DNA of 64,000 nt from Candidatus Saccharimonadia bacterium (GCA_038230095.1 JBBRNT010000001.1:48848-112847); one strand, 5' to 3'. Counted from the stretch's first letter, positions 26,470-38,203 are shown. Numbers and translations: made by a program. Notes: generated by a model from the letters alone, not told the origin.

Positions 26470-27267
26470 CTAGTCGCGCAGATCGAGGGTAAGGCACTTC
26501 ACGCCGCCGCCCGATTTGCGGAACTCCAGGATGGGGGTGCCGTGGACGGTGTAGCCGGCTTTTTCGTACTTCTTCATGAGCGAAGCTGATTCGTTACTGC
26601 AAATAACATTTTTGCCGTCGGAAACGGCATTAAGGCCAAAGCCCTTTGCCTCCTGGAGCGTGGCCTCGATAGTGTTGGGTACAGCAAGCTCCAGGGCGCG
26701 GCGGCTACTTTGGTCGAAAGCGCCGGGGTAGTAGGCAACGGTGTCGCTATCTAGGACCGCAAGAGCGGTGTCCATATGGTAGAAATTGGGGTCTATAAGA
26801 CGAAGGCTTATCACAGACTTGTCGAAGTAGGTGTCTAGCTCGGCGTGGCTTTCTAGCTCTGAGCGGAAGCCGTAGCCGACCAGAATAAGATCACCACAGA
26901 CAAGAGCGTCGCCACCACCCTCGAAGAGGTGCTGGGGGCGGCTAATGCTAGTGTACCCGGCCCCGCGAAGCCACTTTTCGTACTGTGCTGTCTCCGGTTG
27001 GCGCTCGGGGTAGCGGAAATTGGAAAGCATGACCCGGCCATCAATAATTAGACAGCTATCAGTAGAGAACACCAGGTCGGGCAGGCCCTTCACGGGCTCA
27101 ATCTGGTCTATGGTGTAGCCCAGCTTCTGGTAGATAGCGTGTAGCTGGCGCCACTGGTCCTTGGCGGTGCTGGTGACCACCTGATTGTCGGTGTGCATCC
27201 AGGCATTAATCTCGTACTCAATATCGAAAAACGTAGGTGGACACATGAGGATGTGCTTTGTAGACAT
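26470..27267 (-). CDS. amidinotransferase-superfamily hydrolase (DDAH / arginine-deiminase-like, C-terminal catalytic Cys)
   Basis: The C-terminus has GGGVKCLTL. The size of about 265 aa is typical of DDAH-like enzymes. Confidence 0.55.
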   Translation of the reverse strand: MSTKHILMCPPTFFDIEYEINAWMHTDNQVVTSTAKDQWRQLHAIYQKLGYTIDQIEPVKGLPDLVFSTDSCLIIDGRVMLSNFRYPERQPETAQYEKWLRGAGYTSISRPQHLFEGGGDALVCGDLILVGYGFRSELESHAELDTYFDKSVISLRLIDPNFYHMDTALAVLDSDTVAYYPGAFDQSSRRALELAVPNTIEATLQEAKGFGLNAVSDGKNVICSNESASLMKKYEKAGYTVHGTPILEFRKSGGGVKCLTLDLRD

Positions 27268-27350
27268 AAGAGCATTCTAGCGATAGCGGCCAGCTTGGGC
27301 AAATGAGAAGCCCCAGCGCGGGAGCGCTGGGGCAGGGCGGCGGGTTCTTG

Positions 27351-27758
27351 CTAGGGCGATTCGGTTGGGTTGTCTTGAAGCGGTGGGTCTGGCGCTACGA
27401 GCATCTTGGGTGGCATGACAAGCTGGCCTGTGTGGATGAGATGGCGGATGGCACAGAGGCGGGCACCCACGGCATCAATGTACCCCGCGGGGAGCGACTG
27501 GCTAAATACCAGACTGAGGCAGCTCTCGACGTGCTCGTCTAGAAGCGCGTAGATCTCGAATACCGGCTTGATGCCCGCAAACAGCTGGTTGATTTCGGCG
27601 GTAATGATGAGCCGCACCCCGTCGTTCATCCAGGACGGCTTGAGATGAGTGTGGAAGGCCACCCATATTTCGGTGCGGCTCCCAACTGGTAGGTAGCCAT
27701 AGTCCGACAAGCAAATGTCGGGCACTTCGGTGTTCTCAATGGTAGGTGCGTCCGTCAT
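27351..27758 (-). CDS. hypothetical protein (135 aa)
   Basis: The start is at MTDAPTIEN, which has RBS gggggaa. Confidence 0.4.
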   Translation of the reverse strand: MTDAPTIENTEVPDICLSDYGYLPVGSRTEIWVAFHTHLKPSWMNDGVRLIITAEINQLFAGIKPVFEIYALLDEHVESCLSLVFSQSLPAGYIDAVGARLCAIRHLIHTGQLVMPPKMLVAPDPPLQDNPTESP

Positions 27759-27873
27759 GATTATTCCCCCAAACACTAGATTGGATGGGGGCATAATACG
27801 CCCCGCAAAATGGAATGTCACTAGTTGTTTTTTTGGCAGGGAGGGAGTACTAGCCTCATTGCCCACAAAGGGG

Positions 27874-28512
27874 CTAGGAGAAGTCGTGGGATTGGCCGGC
27901 GACGAGGGGGATGAAGTCTATGCCGTGTTTGGCGGCAATACTGGTGAGGCGCTCGTTTGTCATATCCGGTAGACCGTCTAGAGCATCGTGGACTGGTATG
28001 GCCTGCTTAGGCTTCACCGACTCTAGGTAGGTGAGAACATCGCCGAGTTTAGTCCAGGGCCCGCTGGTGGGGAGCGCCAGGATCTCTACTGGTACCGGAG
28101 GGACTTCGAAGGAGTCGCCGGGAAACCAGAGGCGGTTGGCAATGAGGAAGCCCACGTTGCTCCCCGTGTCCCAGCTGTGGTGGATAGGCGCATGCTTTGT
28201 GCCATAGACCTGGACGGTGACACCGCCGACCTCGAACGTATCGCCATCATGAACCACATGGTGTGGCACGCCCAGTAGGGCTAGCTCGGCTCCGGCGCTG
28301 TCATCGGTATAAATGGCCAGGGTACCGTGGCTGGCGTGCAGTGCCTGCACCGTCTCGGGATCAATGTGGTCGTAATGGGAGTGGGAGATAAGGACAGCGT
28401 CCAGATCTGTCAGCCCCTCCCAGCCGGGTGCCATCTTGGTGGGATCGAGTAAGAAACGAACGCCATTCTCTTCGACTACGAAGCAGGCATGGGCAAAACG
28501 TTGGATTTTCAT
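27874..28512 (-). CDS. MBL-fold metallo-hydrolase
   Basis: The metal-binding motif is HSHYDH. The start is at MKIQRF, which has RBS ggagg. Confidence 0.75.
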   Translation of the reverse strand: MKIQRFAHACFVVEENGVRFLLDPTKMAPGWEGLTDLDAVLISHSHYDHIDPETVQALHASHGTLAIYTDDSAGAELALLGVPHHVVHDGDTFEVGGVTVQVYGTKHAPIHHSWDTGSNVGFLIANRLWFPGDSFEVPPVPVEILALPTSGPWTKLGDVLTYLESVKPKQAIPVHDALDGLPDMTNERLTSIAAKHGIDFIPLVAGQSHDFS

Positions 28513-28570
28513 TATTGCGGCCTCCTTTTCCATCTATTATACCGTGCTGTCGGTAATGTAGTATGGGGGT

Positions 28571-30343
28571 ATGAATATTGCTGAATCTGCTCGTACACAG
28601 CTATCGCCCGAGGCCTTGGCTAATCTGGAACTCTGGCTCACTGATGACCGTTTTGCCGCCTTTCGTCAGGACATTGAGGCTCTGGTAACCGCCGCAGACT
28701 GGGCGGAGCTAGAAGATGCTTTTTATACGCGGGTACGGGTGGGTACGGGTGGTATCCGTGGCAAGGTGGGGGCGGGGCCAAACCGGATTAATACCCGGAC
28801 TATTGGTGAGGCAGCGCAAGGCCTATCGAAATTTATCGAGGACTTTGGGCCAGAGGCGAAGGCCAAAGGCGTGATTGTGGGCCACGAGGTACGGGTGGGC
28901 TCTGAGGACTTTGCTAGGGTGTGCTGCGAGGTCTTTGCGGCCAATGGCATTAAGACCTGGTTGTTTGACGGAATACGTGCCACGCCAGAGGTGTCGTACG
29001 CGGTGCGACACCTGGGCGCAGTAGCTGGCGTGCAGCTGACTGCCTCGCATAATCCCCGCACGGATAACGGATTTAAGTTCTATTGGACTGACGGTGGGCA
29101 GGTGGTGGCACCGCTTGATCTGAAGTTCATGGCGCTTGTGCAAGCGGTGGATGTGATTGAGCTCATGGACTATGGGCAAGCTGAGTCGAGTGGCATGGTG
29201 AAGCTCGTGAGCCCCGACGTGGACGAAGCATATGTACGAGCAATTCTTGACCTCTCTCTGGTGCCTAGCCGGTCGGCGCAGATTACTTTTAGCCCGATTC
29301 ACGGTGCTGGCTCCACCAACGTGCTGCCCGTTCTGGAAAACGCTGGGTTTACAGTCCAAACCGTTGCCGAGCAGATAGAGCCCGATGGTCGGTTCCCGAC
29401 GGCTTACGGTAACCTAATTAACCCCGAGTTCCCGGAGGTGATGGAGCTAGCGATCAAGCGTGGCGAGGAGCATGCGGCGGATGTGGTGTTTATGTCCGAT
29501 CCAGATGCCGATCGTCTGGGCGTAGCTGCACGCCGACACTTGTCCGAAACAGGACTAGTACAGTTTACGGGCAACGAGATTGGCATACTCATGACTGCTT
29601 TTGTGATAGACCGGCTCAAGGCTTGTGGCAAGCTTCCGGATAAGGCACTGCTTATAGAGACCAATGTAACGAGTGCCCTAGTGGCCACGATCGGCCGGAG
29701 TGAGCAGGTTGAAGTCATAGACGATCTGCTTGTGGGTTTCAAGTTTATCGGTGAGATTATTGAGAAGCTGGAAACTCCAGAACGCTTTATTCTGGCAGCA
29801 GAAGAGAGCCTAGGATACCTGCGTGGAACATTTGTGCGTGATAAGGATGCCGCTATCTCAGCACTGACAATGGCCGAGCTGGTGAGTTGGCTGAAGGACG
29901 ATGGTAAGTCGGTACTGGACTATCTGGATGAGATCTACGCGAAGTACGGCTATGTGAAGAATGTCCTGCACTATATAGAGCTGCGCGGTGGTCGCGAGGA
30001 CAAGAACCGCATAGCAAACATTATGAAGGGCCTGCGGGCCAATCCGCCGACAGAAATTGCCGGCCTGCCCGTGCTGGCAGCAGAGGACCGTTTGCCAGAG
30101 GCGCAGCGTGATCCCCAGACCTATAGCCCAGGCTGGACTGGTGACCAAATAGCCTACTACTTATCTGAAGATAAACTGAACAAAGTTGTGGCGCGACCAT
30201 CTGGTACCGAGCCGGTGACAAAAATATATGTGCAGTACTATGCGCGACCAGGGCTAGATCGTGCCGGAGTAGATGCGCTGGTGCAGCGGGTTGAGCGTGA
30301 GTTTGTTGAACACTGCGAAAAACTGATGAACCAGGCTGCCTAG
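28571..30343 (+). CDS. pgm: alpha-D-phosphohexomutase (phosphoglucomutase/phosphomannomutase family)
   Basis: The active-site signature is TASHNP. The length of 590 aa is PgcA-like. Confidence 0.85.
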   Translation: MNIAESARTQLSPEALANLELWLTDDRFAAFRQDIEALVTAADWAELEDAFYTRVRVGTGGIRGKVGAGPNRINTRTIGEAAQGLSKFIEDFGPEAKAKGVIVGHEVRVGSEDFARVCCEVFAANGIKTWLFDGIRATPEVSYAVRHLGAVAGVQLTASHNPRTDNGFKFYWTDGGQVVAPLDLKFMALVQAVDVIELMDYGQAESSGMVKLVSPDVDEAYVRAILDLSLVPSRSAQITFSPIHGAGSTNVLPVLENAGFTVQTVAEQIEPDGRFPTAYGNLINPEFPEVMELAIKRGEEHAADVVFMSDPDADRLGVAARRHLSETGLVQFTGNEIGILMTAFVIDRLKACGKLPDKALLIETNVTSALVATIGRSEQVEVIDDLLVGFKFIGEIIEKLETPERFILAAEESLGYLRGTFVRDKDAAISALTMAELVSWLKDDGKSVLDYLDEIYAKYGYVKNVLHYIELRGGREDKNRIANIMKGLRANPPTEIAGLPVLAAEDRLPEAQRDPQTYSPGWTGDQIAYYLSEDKLNKVVARPSGTEPVTKIYVQYYARPGLDRAGVDALVQRVEREFVEHCEKLMNQAA

Positions 30344-30405
30344 CGGAGCGCTCTGTTGTCGTATAACTGAATCTGGTAGTATCTGGATAGTTCTTCGACA
30401 AAGGA

Positions 30406-30666
30406 GTGTGTATGCCCCTGAACCCTCCATGCCCAGATGGCTTCCGAGAGATTGGAACCATGTGGATGCACAACAGCAACCAGGTCATGCTGCTATGCCA
30501 CGAACGCTGTCACTGCTTGGTAGTGCTGGCGGACGCCCGGCACCATGCTGATGCCTGTGCTCCGCTACTCGGTACGGCAGTGGCTGCTGGTCGGCGGGCG
30601 GTCAGACGCGTGAGTACGGCGTCACGACGGCGCGTGTTGCGTCCAGCCCAGCAAGCAGCGGCCTGA
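30406..30666 (+). CDS. hypothetical Cys/His-rich small protein
   Basis: A strong RBS (aaggag) is present upstream. The region is GC-rich, so this call is doubtful. Confidence 0.3.
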   Translation: MCMPLNPPCPDGFREIGTMWMHNSNQVMLLCHERCHCLVVLADARHHADACAPLLGTAVAAGRRAVRRVSTASRRRVLRPAQQAAA

Positions 30667-30667
30667 A

Positions 30668-30958
30668 ATGGAACACAACGAGGTTGCTTACCCAATTGCC
30701 GTTGGGTGGCACCTACGGCTTGCTATGGCGTTCGCGCTGGTAGCCGGGCTCGTACCCGGACTTGGCTTAGAGGGAAGGCACTGGGCGATACCGGTGACTC
30801 TCGTGTTCTTTGTCTGCGCTGCGGCCCTAATCTACCCAGTGCGGCCAAAGGCGCCCCCTAGCTCGCGACACCGACCGAGCTGGCAGCTGCGGCATGCTGC
30901 GGTGATGACGTTCGTGGTGTATGGCGTGGGATTTGGCGCGGCACGATCATCCGCCTAA
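30668..30958 (+). CDS. hypothetical small membrane protein
   Basis: Two TM helices are present and the ORF is stop-start coupled (tgaaATG). Confidence 0.35.
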   Translation: MEHNEVAYPIAVGWHLRLAMAFALVAGLVPGLGLEGRHWAIPVTLVFFVCAAALIYPVRPKAPPSSRHRPSWQLRHAAVMTFVVYGVGFGAARSSA

Positions 30959-30982
30959 TACTTCTCTAGGAAGGGACTTGTA

Positions 30983-31297
30983 ATGGAGCCGTTCTACACG
31001 GGTACGTCTGAGGCTGCGCCCAGCTGGGGCCATGCCGAGCTGGTGGCAGAGCTACTGGCTGGTGCGGCTGGCATCTTGCTGGTCGCTGGCTATAGCAACA
31101 TTTTGTCAGTCATTGCCCTCTTAACGATCTTCTGGCTGGCCTTCCTCATACTGGTATCGGTTCACTGTAACCCCTGGTACCCATCTACGCGCTTTCCCCG
31201 GCATCCATTCCGTGGTGTGTTTGAGCTATTGTCGCTGCGCGTGACGCAGGGATTGCTGCTGGTGTTCTTACTCCGGCTCTGGATTCTCCTGGATTAG
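30983..31297 (+). CDS. hypothetical small membrane protein
   Basis: RBS aggaaggga lies upstream and two TM helices are present. Confidence 0.35.
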   Translation: MEPFYTGTSEAAPSWGHAELVAELLAGAAGILLVAGYSNILSVIALLTIFWLAFLILVSVHCNPWYPSTRFPRHPFRGVFELLSLRVTQGLLLVFLLRLWILLD

Positions 31298-31379
31298 CTT
31301 CTGCCCACTGCCCGCTCCATCTGGAGCGGGCTAACTATTTGAGAGTGACAGTTCGCTTTATGATCGGTATATTGGACGT

Positions 31380-31928
31380 ATGAATTACGATATTACCCAG
31401 CTGAAATTCAAAGAGATCCGAGAGCTGGCGCTGGCGGAGGAGATAATTCTGATTACTCCTGCTGGCATGGACAAGCAGAAACTGCAGGCGAAAGCTATGG
31501 AGGCGGAGGCAAAGGAGCTGAAGAAGAAGCTCGGCGAGACAGCTCACGAGTACCCGGACCTACGGGAGAACGCCACGTTTGATGTACTCTCGGCCCAGCT
31601 GGAGCACCAGCTACCGGAGCAGCAGCTAGCACTGCGCCGCCAGCGTCTGAAGTCCCAGCTGTATGCGCCCAAGCGTAAGGTAGGCGTAGTCGGCTTTGAT
31701 GCTATCTGCCAGCTAGAGAATGTAGATGGCCAGCTGTATGAGTACTGGCTGGCTGGCCCCGTGGAAGCGGCCCTCAATCTGGAACGTGCGGGCGTGGCAG
31801 CCATCTCCTATCTGTCCCCCATAGGTAGGGCTATCTGGAACGCGAAGCTGGGCGACACCGTGGAGGTACACCTGCCGGCGAGCGGGCGGGAGAGGTTTGT
31901 CCTCTATACCATTACCGGGATCAGCTAG
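31380..31928 (+). CDS. greA: GreA/GreB-family transcription elongation factor
   Basis: The GreA signature is DLRENATF. The C-terminal FKBP-like domain is ISYLSPIGRAIWNAKLGDTVEVHLPASGRERFVLYTI. Confidence 0.75.
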   Translation: MNYDITQLKFKEIRELALAEEIILITPAGMDKQKLQAKAMEAEAKELKKKLGETAHEYPDLRENATFDVLSAQLEHQLPEQQLALRRQRLKSQLYAPKRKVGVVGFDAICQLENVDGQLYEYWLAGPVEAALNLERAGVAAISYLSPIGRAIWNAKLGDTVEVHLPASGRERFVLYTITGIS

Positions 31929-32187
31929 TACTACGGCTGCGCTGGGGCTATAATTCTGTTATAAGTTTGGAGCCTGCCGCATGGAAGAAGATCTTCTGGA
32001 ACGATTTGAACGGCGTGAAGTGGCGGTTGTGGATGCTACTGGTGTAGACGCACACTTGGTCATAGCGGTGCTGGCCTGCCACACCTGCCGCTGCCTCGTA
32101 CTGGAGGAGGATGGCGAGGCGCACATTGTCTGGTGCGATGGTGTAAGCGGTGGCGCAAGTGATGCCGAGGCGTTGCTGGCCTAGACC

Positions 32188-32216
32188 TTGACTGTCTCAA
32201 ACCACATAGGTACCAT
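32188..32216 (+). promoter_or_regulatory. promoter TTGACT-17-TACCAT for groESL
   Basis: The hexamers have 17-nt spacing and lie immediately 5' of CIRCE. Confidence 0.5.
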
Positions 32217-32219
32217 TTA

Positions 32220-32246
32220 TTAGCACTCTCTCTTGTGGAGTGCTAA
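32220..32246 (+). promoter_or_regulatory. CIRCE operator (HrcA binding site) TTAGCACTC-N9-GAGTGCTAA
   Basis: This is a perfect match to the CIRCE consensus, 89 nt upstream of groES. Confidence 0.9.
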
Positions 32247-32334
32247 TATAGTTATAACAATATTGAGTAGCATCGAGAGATCCCGCCAACGCGGGATACT
32301 TCGACAGAGCTCAACATGAATAGAGGAGGTCCAA

Positions 32335-34280
<1,946 letters not shown>

Positions 34281-34304
34281 GACTAGCTACTAGATAAAAA
34301 AGAC

Positions 34305-34327
34305 CCCTTTCGGGGTCTTTTTTAGTA
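34305..34327 (+). terminator. rho-independent terminator (aaaaaagaccccttt cggggtctttttt)
   Basis: A perfect hairpin is flanked by A/T runs. Confidence 0.85.
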
Positions 34328-34357
34328 TACTGGGACCAGATATAACCTGGGTGCGCC

Positions 34358-35167
34358 ATGAGCGTGATTGAGAATGCCGAGCTGGATAGCGTAGCCACCA
34401 CCTTTAGCGGCGGAGGCGAGATACGCTATATTGCGGCGGCAGCACAGCTGGCACCAGGAGACTTCTCGGTGAATGCTGCGGACATATTTGCTACCTATGC
34501 GCACGCCCGAGACACTGGCCACCCCCGGATGGAGGGCATACGACGGGCAACAGAAGCGTACGTGGTGGACGAACCAAATCCGCTGAAGCGGCTCCAGGCA
34601 GATGTGATTATTAATGCGCAATACATGGCGCAGGTGAGCGGTGACCAGAATAGGATGCAGGAGGCGCTGAAGTCTGATCCTCGTAACGAGCAACTGCAGG
34701 ATGAGTCGCTGCGCATGAAGCGCCAGCTGGTGCGTTACAACCACGCCGTACGAGACCTCATTGCCAATAGCGATGGCAAGCTGAGGGCACATGAGCTAAA
34801 GAACTGGCTGGAGAAGGGGAGCAATGGTAACACTGCCTGGGCGGAGCGGACAGTCAGTGGGGTTGCAGCCGAGGTGGCTGCCGCGGCGGCGATTGATGAG
34901 ATACCGACTGTCAGCGTGCAGTTCGCTTCGGTGGAAGAAGACTTGCGAGGGGTGGATCTGAAAGTAATACCAGGTGATGGCCGGCCAGCGATTAATGTGG
35001 ATGTGAAAGTGGGCGGGAATCGCCCGCTCGATAATCTAGGTGTGCGCGAACGCAACGGGCAACGAGTGTATGAAGTAGGCCTGGAAAGCCGCTGGATGGA
35101 TGGCTTCTATCTGGATGCCAGCGGAAGGCGAAGTCTACAGGGCCAAATCGAAACAATTCTTGGCTAA
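34358..35167 (+). CDS. hypothetical protein (269 aa)
   Basis: No family is recognised. Confidence 0.45.
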   Translation: MSVIENAELDSVATTFSGGGEIRYIAAAAQLAPGDFSVNAADIFATYAHARDTGHPRMEGIRRATEAYVVDEPNPLKRLQADVIINAQYMAQVSGDQNRMQEALKSDPRNEQLQDESLRMKRQLVRYNHAVRDLIANSDGKLRAHELKNWLEKGSNGNTAWAERTVSGVAAEVAAAAAIDEIPTVSVQFASVEEDLRGVDLKVIPGDGRPAINVDVKVGGNRPLDNLGVRERNGQRVYEVGLESRWMDGFYLDASGRRSLQGQIETILG

Positions 35168-35169
35168 TC

Positions 35170-35198
35170 TTGACTAAAACCGTTCTATCTGCTATAGT
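35170..35198 (+). promoter_or_regulatory. sigma70 promoter TTGACT-17-TATAGT
   Basis: The hexamers are near-consensus with 17-nt spacing, about 30 nt upstream of ORF 35230. Confidence 0.6.
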
Positions 35199-35229
35199 AG
35201 CTATGTTCCTTCGACAGAGATGAGCCGCT

Positions 35230-35454
35230 ATGCCTTCCCCCAACCCGGGCCAGGTGAGCCCGGCTTATCTGCCGGACTTCCCGCCCGAACTCCACCACCT
35301 GATCAAGCCCCACTTGGGCTGCCACTTCATGGCCGATCTGCTGAATTGCGGGTCACGAGGGCTTACAGCTCTAGAGCTGGACATGCTGAACGGCCACTTG
35401 GCCGCCTGCCCCCACTGCCAGCGCTACGTTGCCGCTTTGCAGGGCACCAACTAG
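35230..35454 (+). CDS. small zinc-finger protein with zf-HC2 (anti-sigma-factor-type) motif
   Basis: The H-x3-C-x2-C motif is HLAACPHCQRY. This frame is chosen over the overlapping Pro/Arg-rich 35220 frame. Confidence 0.4.
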   Translation: MPSPNPGQVSPAYLPDFPPELHHLIKPHLGCHFMADLLNCGSRGLTALELDMLNGHLAACPHCQRYVAALQGTN

Positions 35455-35556
35455 CGCAATCTGATTGCGGCCCGCTTGCGTCAGATGACGTGCCTCTTAT
35501 CCGGGTCTTTTGGCCCGACCTATCCATACTCCACTACGCCAAATACTTGGCCTACT

Positions 35557-35597
35557 ACCCCCCCCGGTCGCTTATGCGACCGGGGGTTTCTATTTGG
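35557..35597 (+). terminator. terminator (ccccccggtcgcttatgcgaccggggg + tttctattt)
   Basis: An 11-bp stem is followed by T-rich sequence. Confidence 0.7.
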
Positions 35598-35602
35598 CCG
35601 GA

Positions 35603-35631
35603 TTGACAACTGATCTGGCGCTCCGTATTAT
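35603..35631 (+). promoter_or_regulatory. sigma70 promoter TTGACA-17-TATTAT
   Basis: The hexamers are consensus with 17-nt spacing, upstream of 35676. Confidence 0.6.
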
Positions 35632-35675
35632 CTGTAACTATTCACACGCATATACCCAAGAAGAGGGGGCCAGAA

Positions 35676-36368
35676 GTGGCACAGGGAGAAGTGACGTACG
35701 AAGAAGCATTCCGGCGGCTGGCCGATCTGACGCCCGAACAGCTCAAACTGACTCTGGGGGCTTGGGAGAAGTACGGAAACAGTGGACAGCAAACCGCAGT
35801 CAAGCACTGGCGTAATGGTAGGCGCCCAGGTCCTGGTAGTGCCAAACCCGACACCGGCAGGCTAGCTGTCGATACCTGGCACCGCCAGCTACGCGACTGG
35901 CGCATTGAGGCCAGAAGCAAGCCCGAGGCTGTGGCTACTGTCTTTCGCGACGCTTTGCCCGACAGCCTGCCAGGGCGGGCCTTGCGACGACTGGGGCCGT
36001 ACCACCGCGAGCTCATTGATGCCAATGCGGCTCACGAATGGGGCCCTCAGGGATTGAGAGGTGCGCTGGACCAGGTGTTCTTCCAACTACATGAGGAGAT
36101 TGATGTACTGCGCTTCCGTCTAGAGGTGGCCGATAAGCGGATGGCATTACTGCAGATCATTGATGCAGATGCCAGCTTATTGGGCCACCGCAGCAGGTAC
36201 TGCTTCCGGCTCAGCCTAGACACGGCGACAGTCGAGCAGACCGTGCAGGTACGCGACGAACTGGATGAGGTACACCAGGCAATCCGTCAACGGAAGCAGC
36301 AACAGCTTGAGCGCGACCTGCGCGCCATCTCCCGCCACCAGCCGCGTAAGCACGGCCGTCGCCGCTAG
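35676..36368 (+). CDS. hypothetical basic protein (230 aa), GC-rich
   Basis: The GTG start has RBS aagaggggg. No family is recognised. Confidence 0.4.
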   Translation: MAQGEVTYEEAFRRLADLTPEQLKLTLGAWEKYGNSGQQTAVKHWRNGRRPGPGSAKPDTGRLAVDTWHRQLRDWRIEARSKPEAVATVFRDALPDSLPGRALRRLGPYHRELIDANAAHEWGPQGLRGALDQVFFQLHEEIDVLRFRLEVADKRMALLQIIDADASLLGHRSRYCFRLSLDTATVEQTVQVRDELDEVHQAIRQRKQQQLERDLRAISRHQPRKHGRRR

Positions 36369-37109
36369 TTTTGTCCCGTCACTGCCATGGTAGTGACGGG
36401 ATTGGCATTGGTGGGCTGATTAGTGGATTTGACAATCGCTGAACGGAATTGTATATTTCGCCTAATCTCGCTCCATGGCGGGGTTGCAACCCGACGAAGG
36501 GATTCACAACATGACTCATCCGGACATTGACATCGGTGCTGCCAAGAAGGCAGACACGATGGACTCCAACTGCACGACATCCGACCTCGACGTGACGGCC
36601 CCCGGCAACACCCGACACCGTCGGCGACACGCGGGCTGATAGCGCCGGGCCAGCACGGCCCCTCGCTATCGATCTCTCGCGCAAGCCTACCGTCCTTGGA
36701 CGGTACCAGAACGCGGGTGACAGGATGCCGATCATCCGTCACCCGCAAACTACCTTGTACAGCTGATCTGCTACGAATCCAAAACGTATCGGTAAGCAGG
36801 CAAGTCACGGCGGGGAGATGGTGGAGTGCTCATAACCTTCTCGATCTCGATTTCTCGCCGTGTGTTCTCCCGCTGCCATACTCCCGTTGGTGGCGGGTGA
36901 TCACTGGAACTGACCCCTAGGTCAGCTTCAGTGCGTGTAGCACGTAGTTGGCGCCTGCGGGCCCCGACGCGTGCTGCAGGGAAAGCCGGTGGGTGTAGGC
37001 GGATCCTGTCTCCGCAGCACCCACCGGCACCCCAGCGGGCGCAACTGATTACTCCTAGTCCACCTACCCCACCTTGATTTCTATTGAGGTGGGGTTTGAC
37101 TTGGTGCCC

Positions 37110-37135
37110 TCAACCCCAGATGTGTGGCATAATTG
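37110..37135 (+). promoter_or_regulatory. extended -10 promoter TGtgTGGCATAAT
   Basis: The same TGGCATAAT element occurs at 23045. It lies 20 nt upstream of the RBS of the PGI/PMI gene. Confidence 0.4.
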
Positions 37136-37152
37136 GGGGTAACGGAGGGACT

Positions 37153-38181
37153 ATGCTCGATAATCTGGATACAATTGCCAAGTACGATAACCATAACGCT
37201 CTCGGAGTAATTGCCGGGCAACCTGAGCAGCTCAAACACGCCTGCGAGCTGCCCAAACGAGAGTGGGGAGAGGTACGCCAAGTAGTGCTCGCGGGTATGG
37301 GTGGATCGGCACTGGCGGCCCAGTTCCTGAGTAATTGGCTGGGCAGCCGCCTACCTGTGCCGCTTATTATTGTCCGTGACTATGACTTGCCTGAGTACAT
37401 TGGGCCAGAAACGCTGGTGATTGCCTCAAGCTATTCGGGTAATACCGAGGAAACTAGGGCAGCGCTGGCCGAAGCCCGCAAAAGAGGGGCGCAGATTGCC
37501 GTACTTACATCTGGCGGACAGATGGAAGAGCAGGCGGAGGCTCATGATCTGGAGCTCCTAGAGACCCCTAGTGGCCTACAGCCCCGCCTAGCAGTGCTTT
37601 ACAGCGTACGCGCCATTGCGCAGCTCCTAGAGGCCGTAGGCCTGGCAGAGCACCTAGTGGTGGAGCTGGAGAGCGGCGCAGACTGGATGATGGAGCAGCT
37701 TCCGGTGTGGCTAGCGGACAGCCCCACCAGTGGTAACCTGGCAAAACAGATAGCTGAGCGCCTGCTGGGCTTCACGGTAATTATCTATGGGGGCCCGGCG
37801 CTTGCCATGCCTACCATGAAATGGAAGATCGACATTAATGAAAATGCCAAGAATCTAGCATTCTTCAATGTGTTACCGGAATTTGACCATAATGAGTTTA
37901 TCGGCTGGGCCAATCCGGTGGATAAGGCCGTACGGGTGGTCGAGCTCCAATCATCGCTAGATAGACCACGGATTAACCAGCGGTTTGAGCTGAGTAACCG
38001 CCTACTCAGTGGGAGCATGCCGGAGCCAATAATTGTGGAGGCACAGGGAACTACTAGACTACAGCAAATGTTGTGGACGATCATTTTGGGCGACTTTGTA
38101 AGCGCCTACCTGGCGTTTCTGAATGGGATTGATCCGACGCCGGTTGATCTGGTGGAGAAGCTGAAGAAGGAGTTGGGCTAG
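37153..38181 (+). CDS. SIS-domain protein, putative bifunctional phosphoglucose/phosphomannose isomerase
   Basis: The tandem SIS fold is indicated by VVLAGMGGSALAAQ...LVIASSYSGNTEET. The length of about 340 aa fits. The start at MLDNLD has RBS ggaggga. Confidence 0.55.
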   Translation: MLDNLDTIAKYDNHNALGVIAGQPEQLKHACELPKREWGEVRQVVLAGMGGSALAAQFLSNWLGSRLPVPLIIVRDYDLPEYIGPETLVIASSYSGNTEETRAALAEARKRGAQIAVLTSGGQMEEQAEAHDLELLETPSGLQPRLAVLYSVRAIAQLLEAVGLAEHLVVELESGADWMMEQLPVWLADSPTSGNLAKQIAERLLGFTVIIYGGPALAMPTMKWKIDINENAKNLAFFNVLPEFDHNEFIGWANPVDKAVRVVELQSSLDRPRINQRFELSNRLLSGSMPEPIIVEAQGTTRLQQMLWTIILGDFVSAYLAFLNGIDPTPVDLVEKLKKELG

Positions 38182-38203
38182 TCATTCCTGTGTTGGCTCC
38201 TTG

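Noticed and set aside
30406-31297. The three small GC-rich ORFs might form a meaningful system.
   Set aside because: There are no recognisable domains, the composition is high GC, and ORFs this size are easily spurious. I kept them only as low-confidence CDS.
35220-35606. A 128-aa ORF overlaps the zf-HC2 ORF in another frame.
   Set aside because: It is Pro/Arg/Leu-rich with no motif. The 35230 frame carries a recognisable H-x3-C-x2-C motif and stops before the mapped terminator, so I preferred it.
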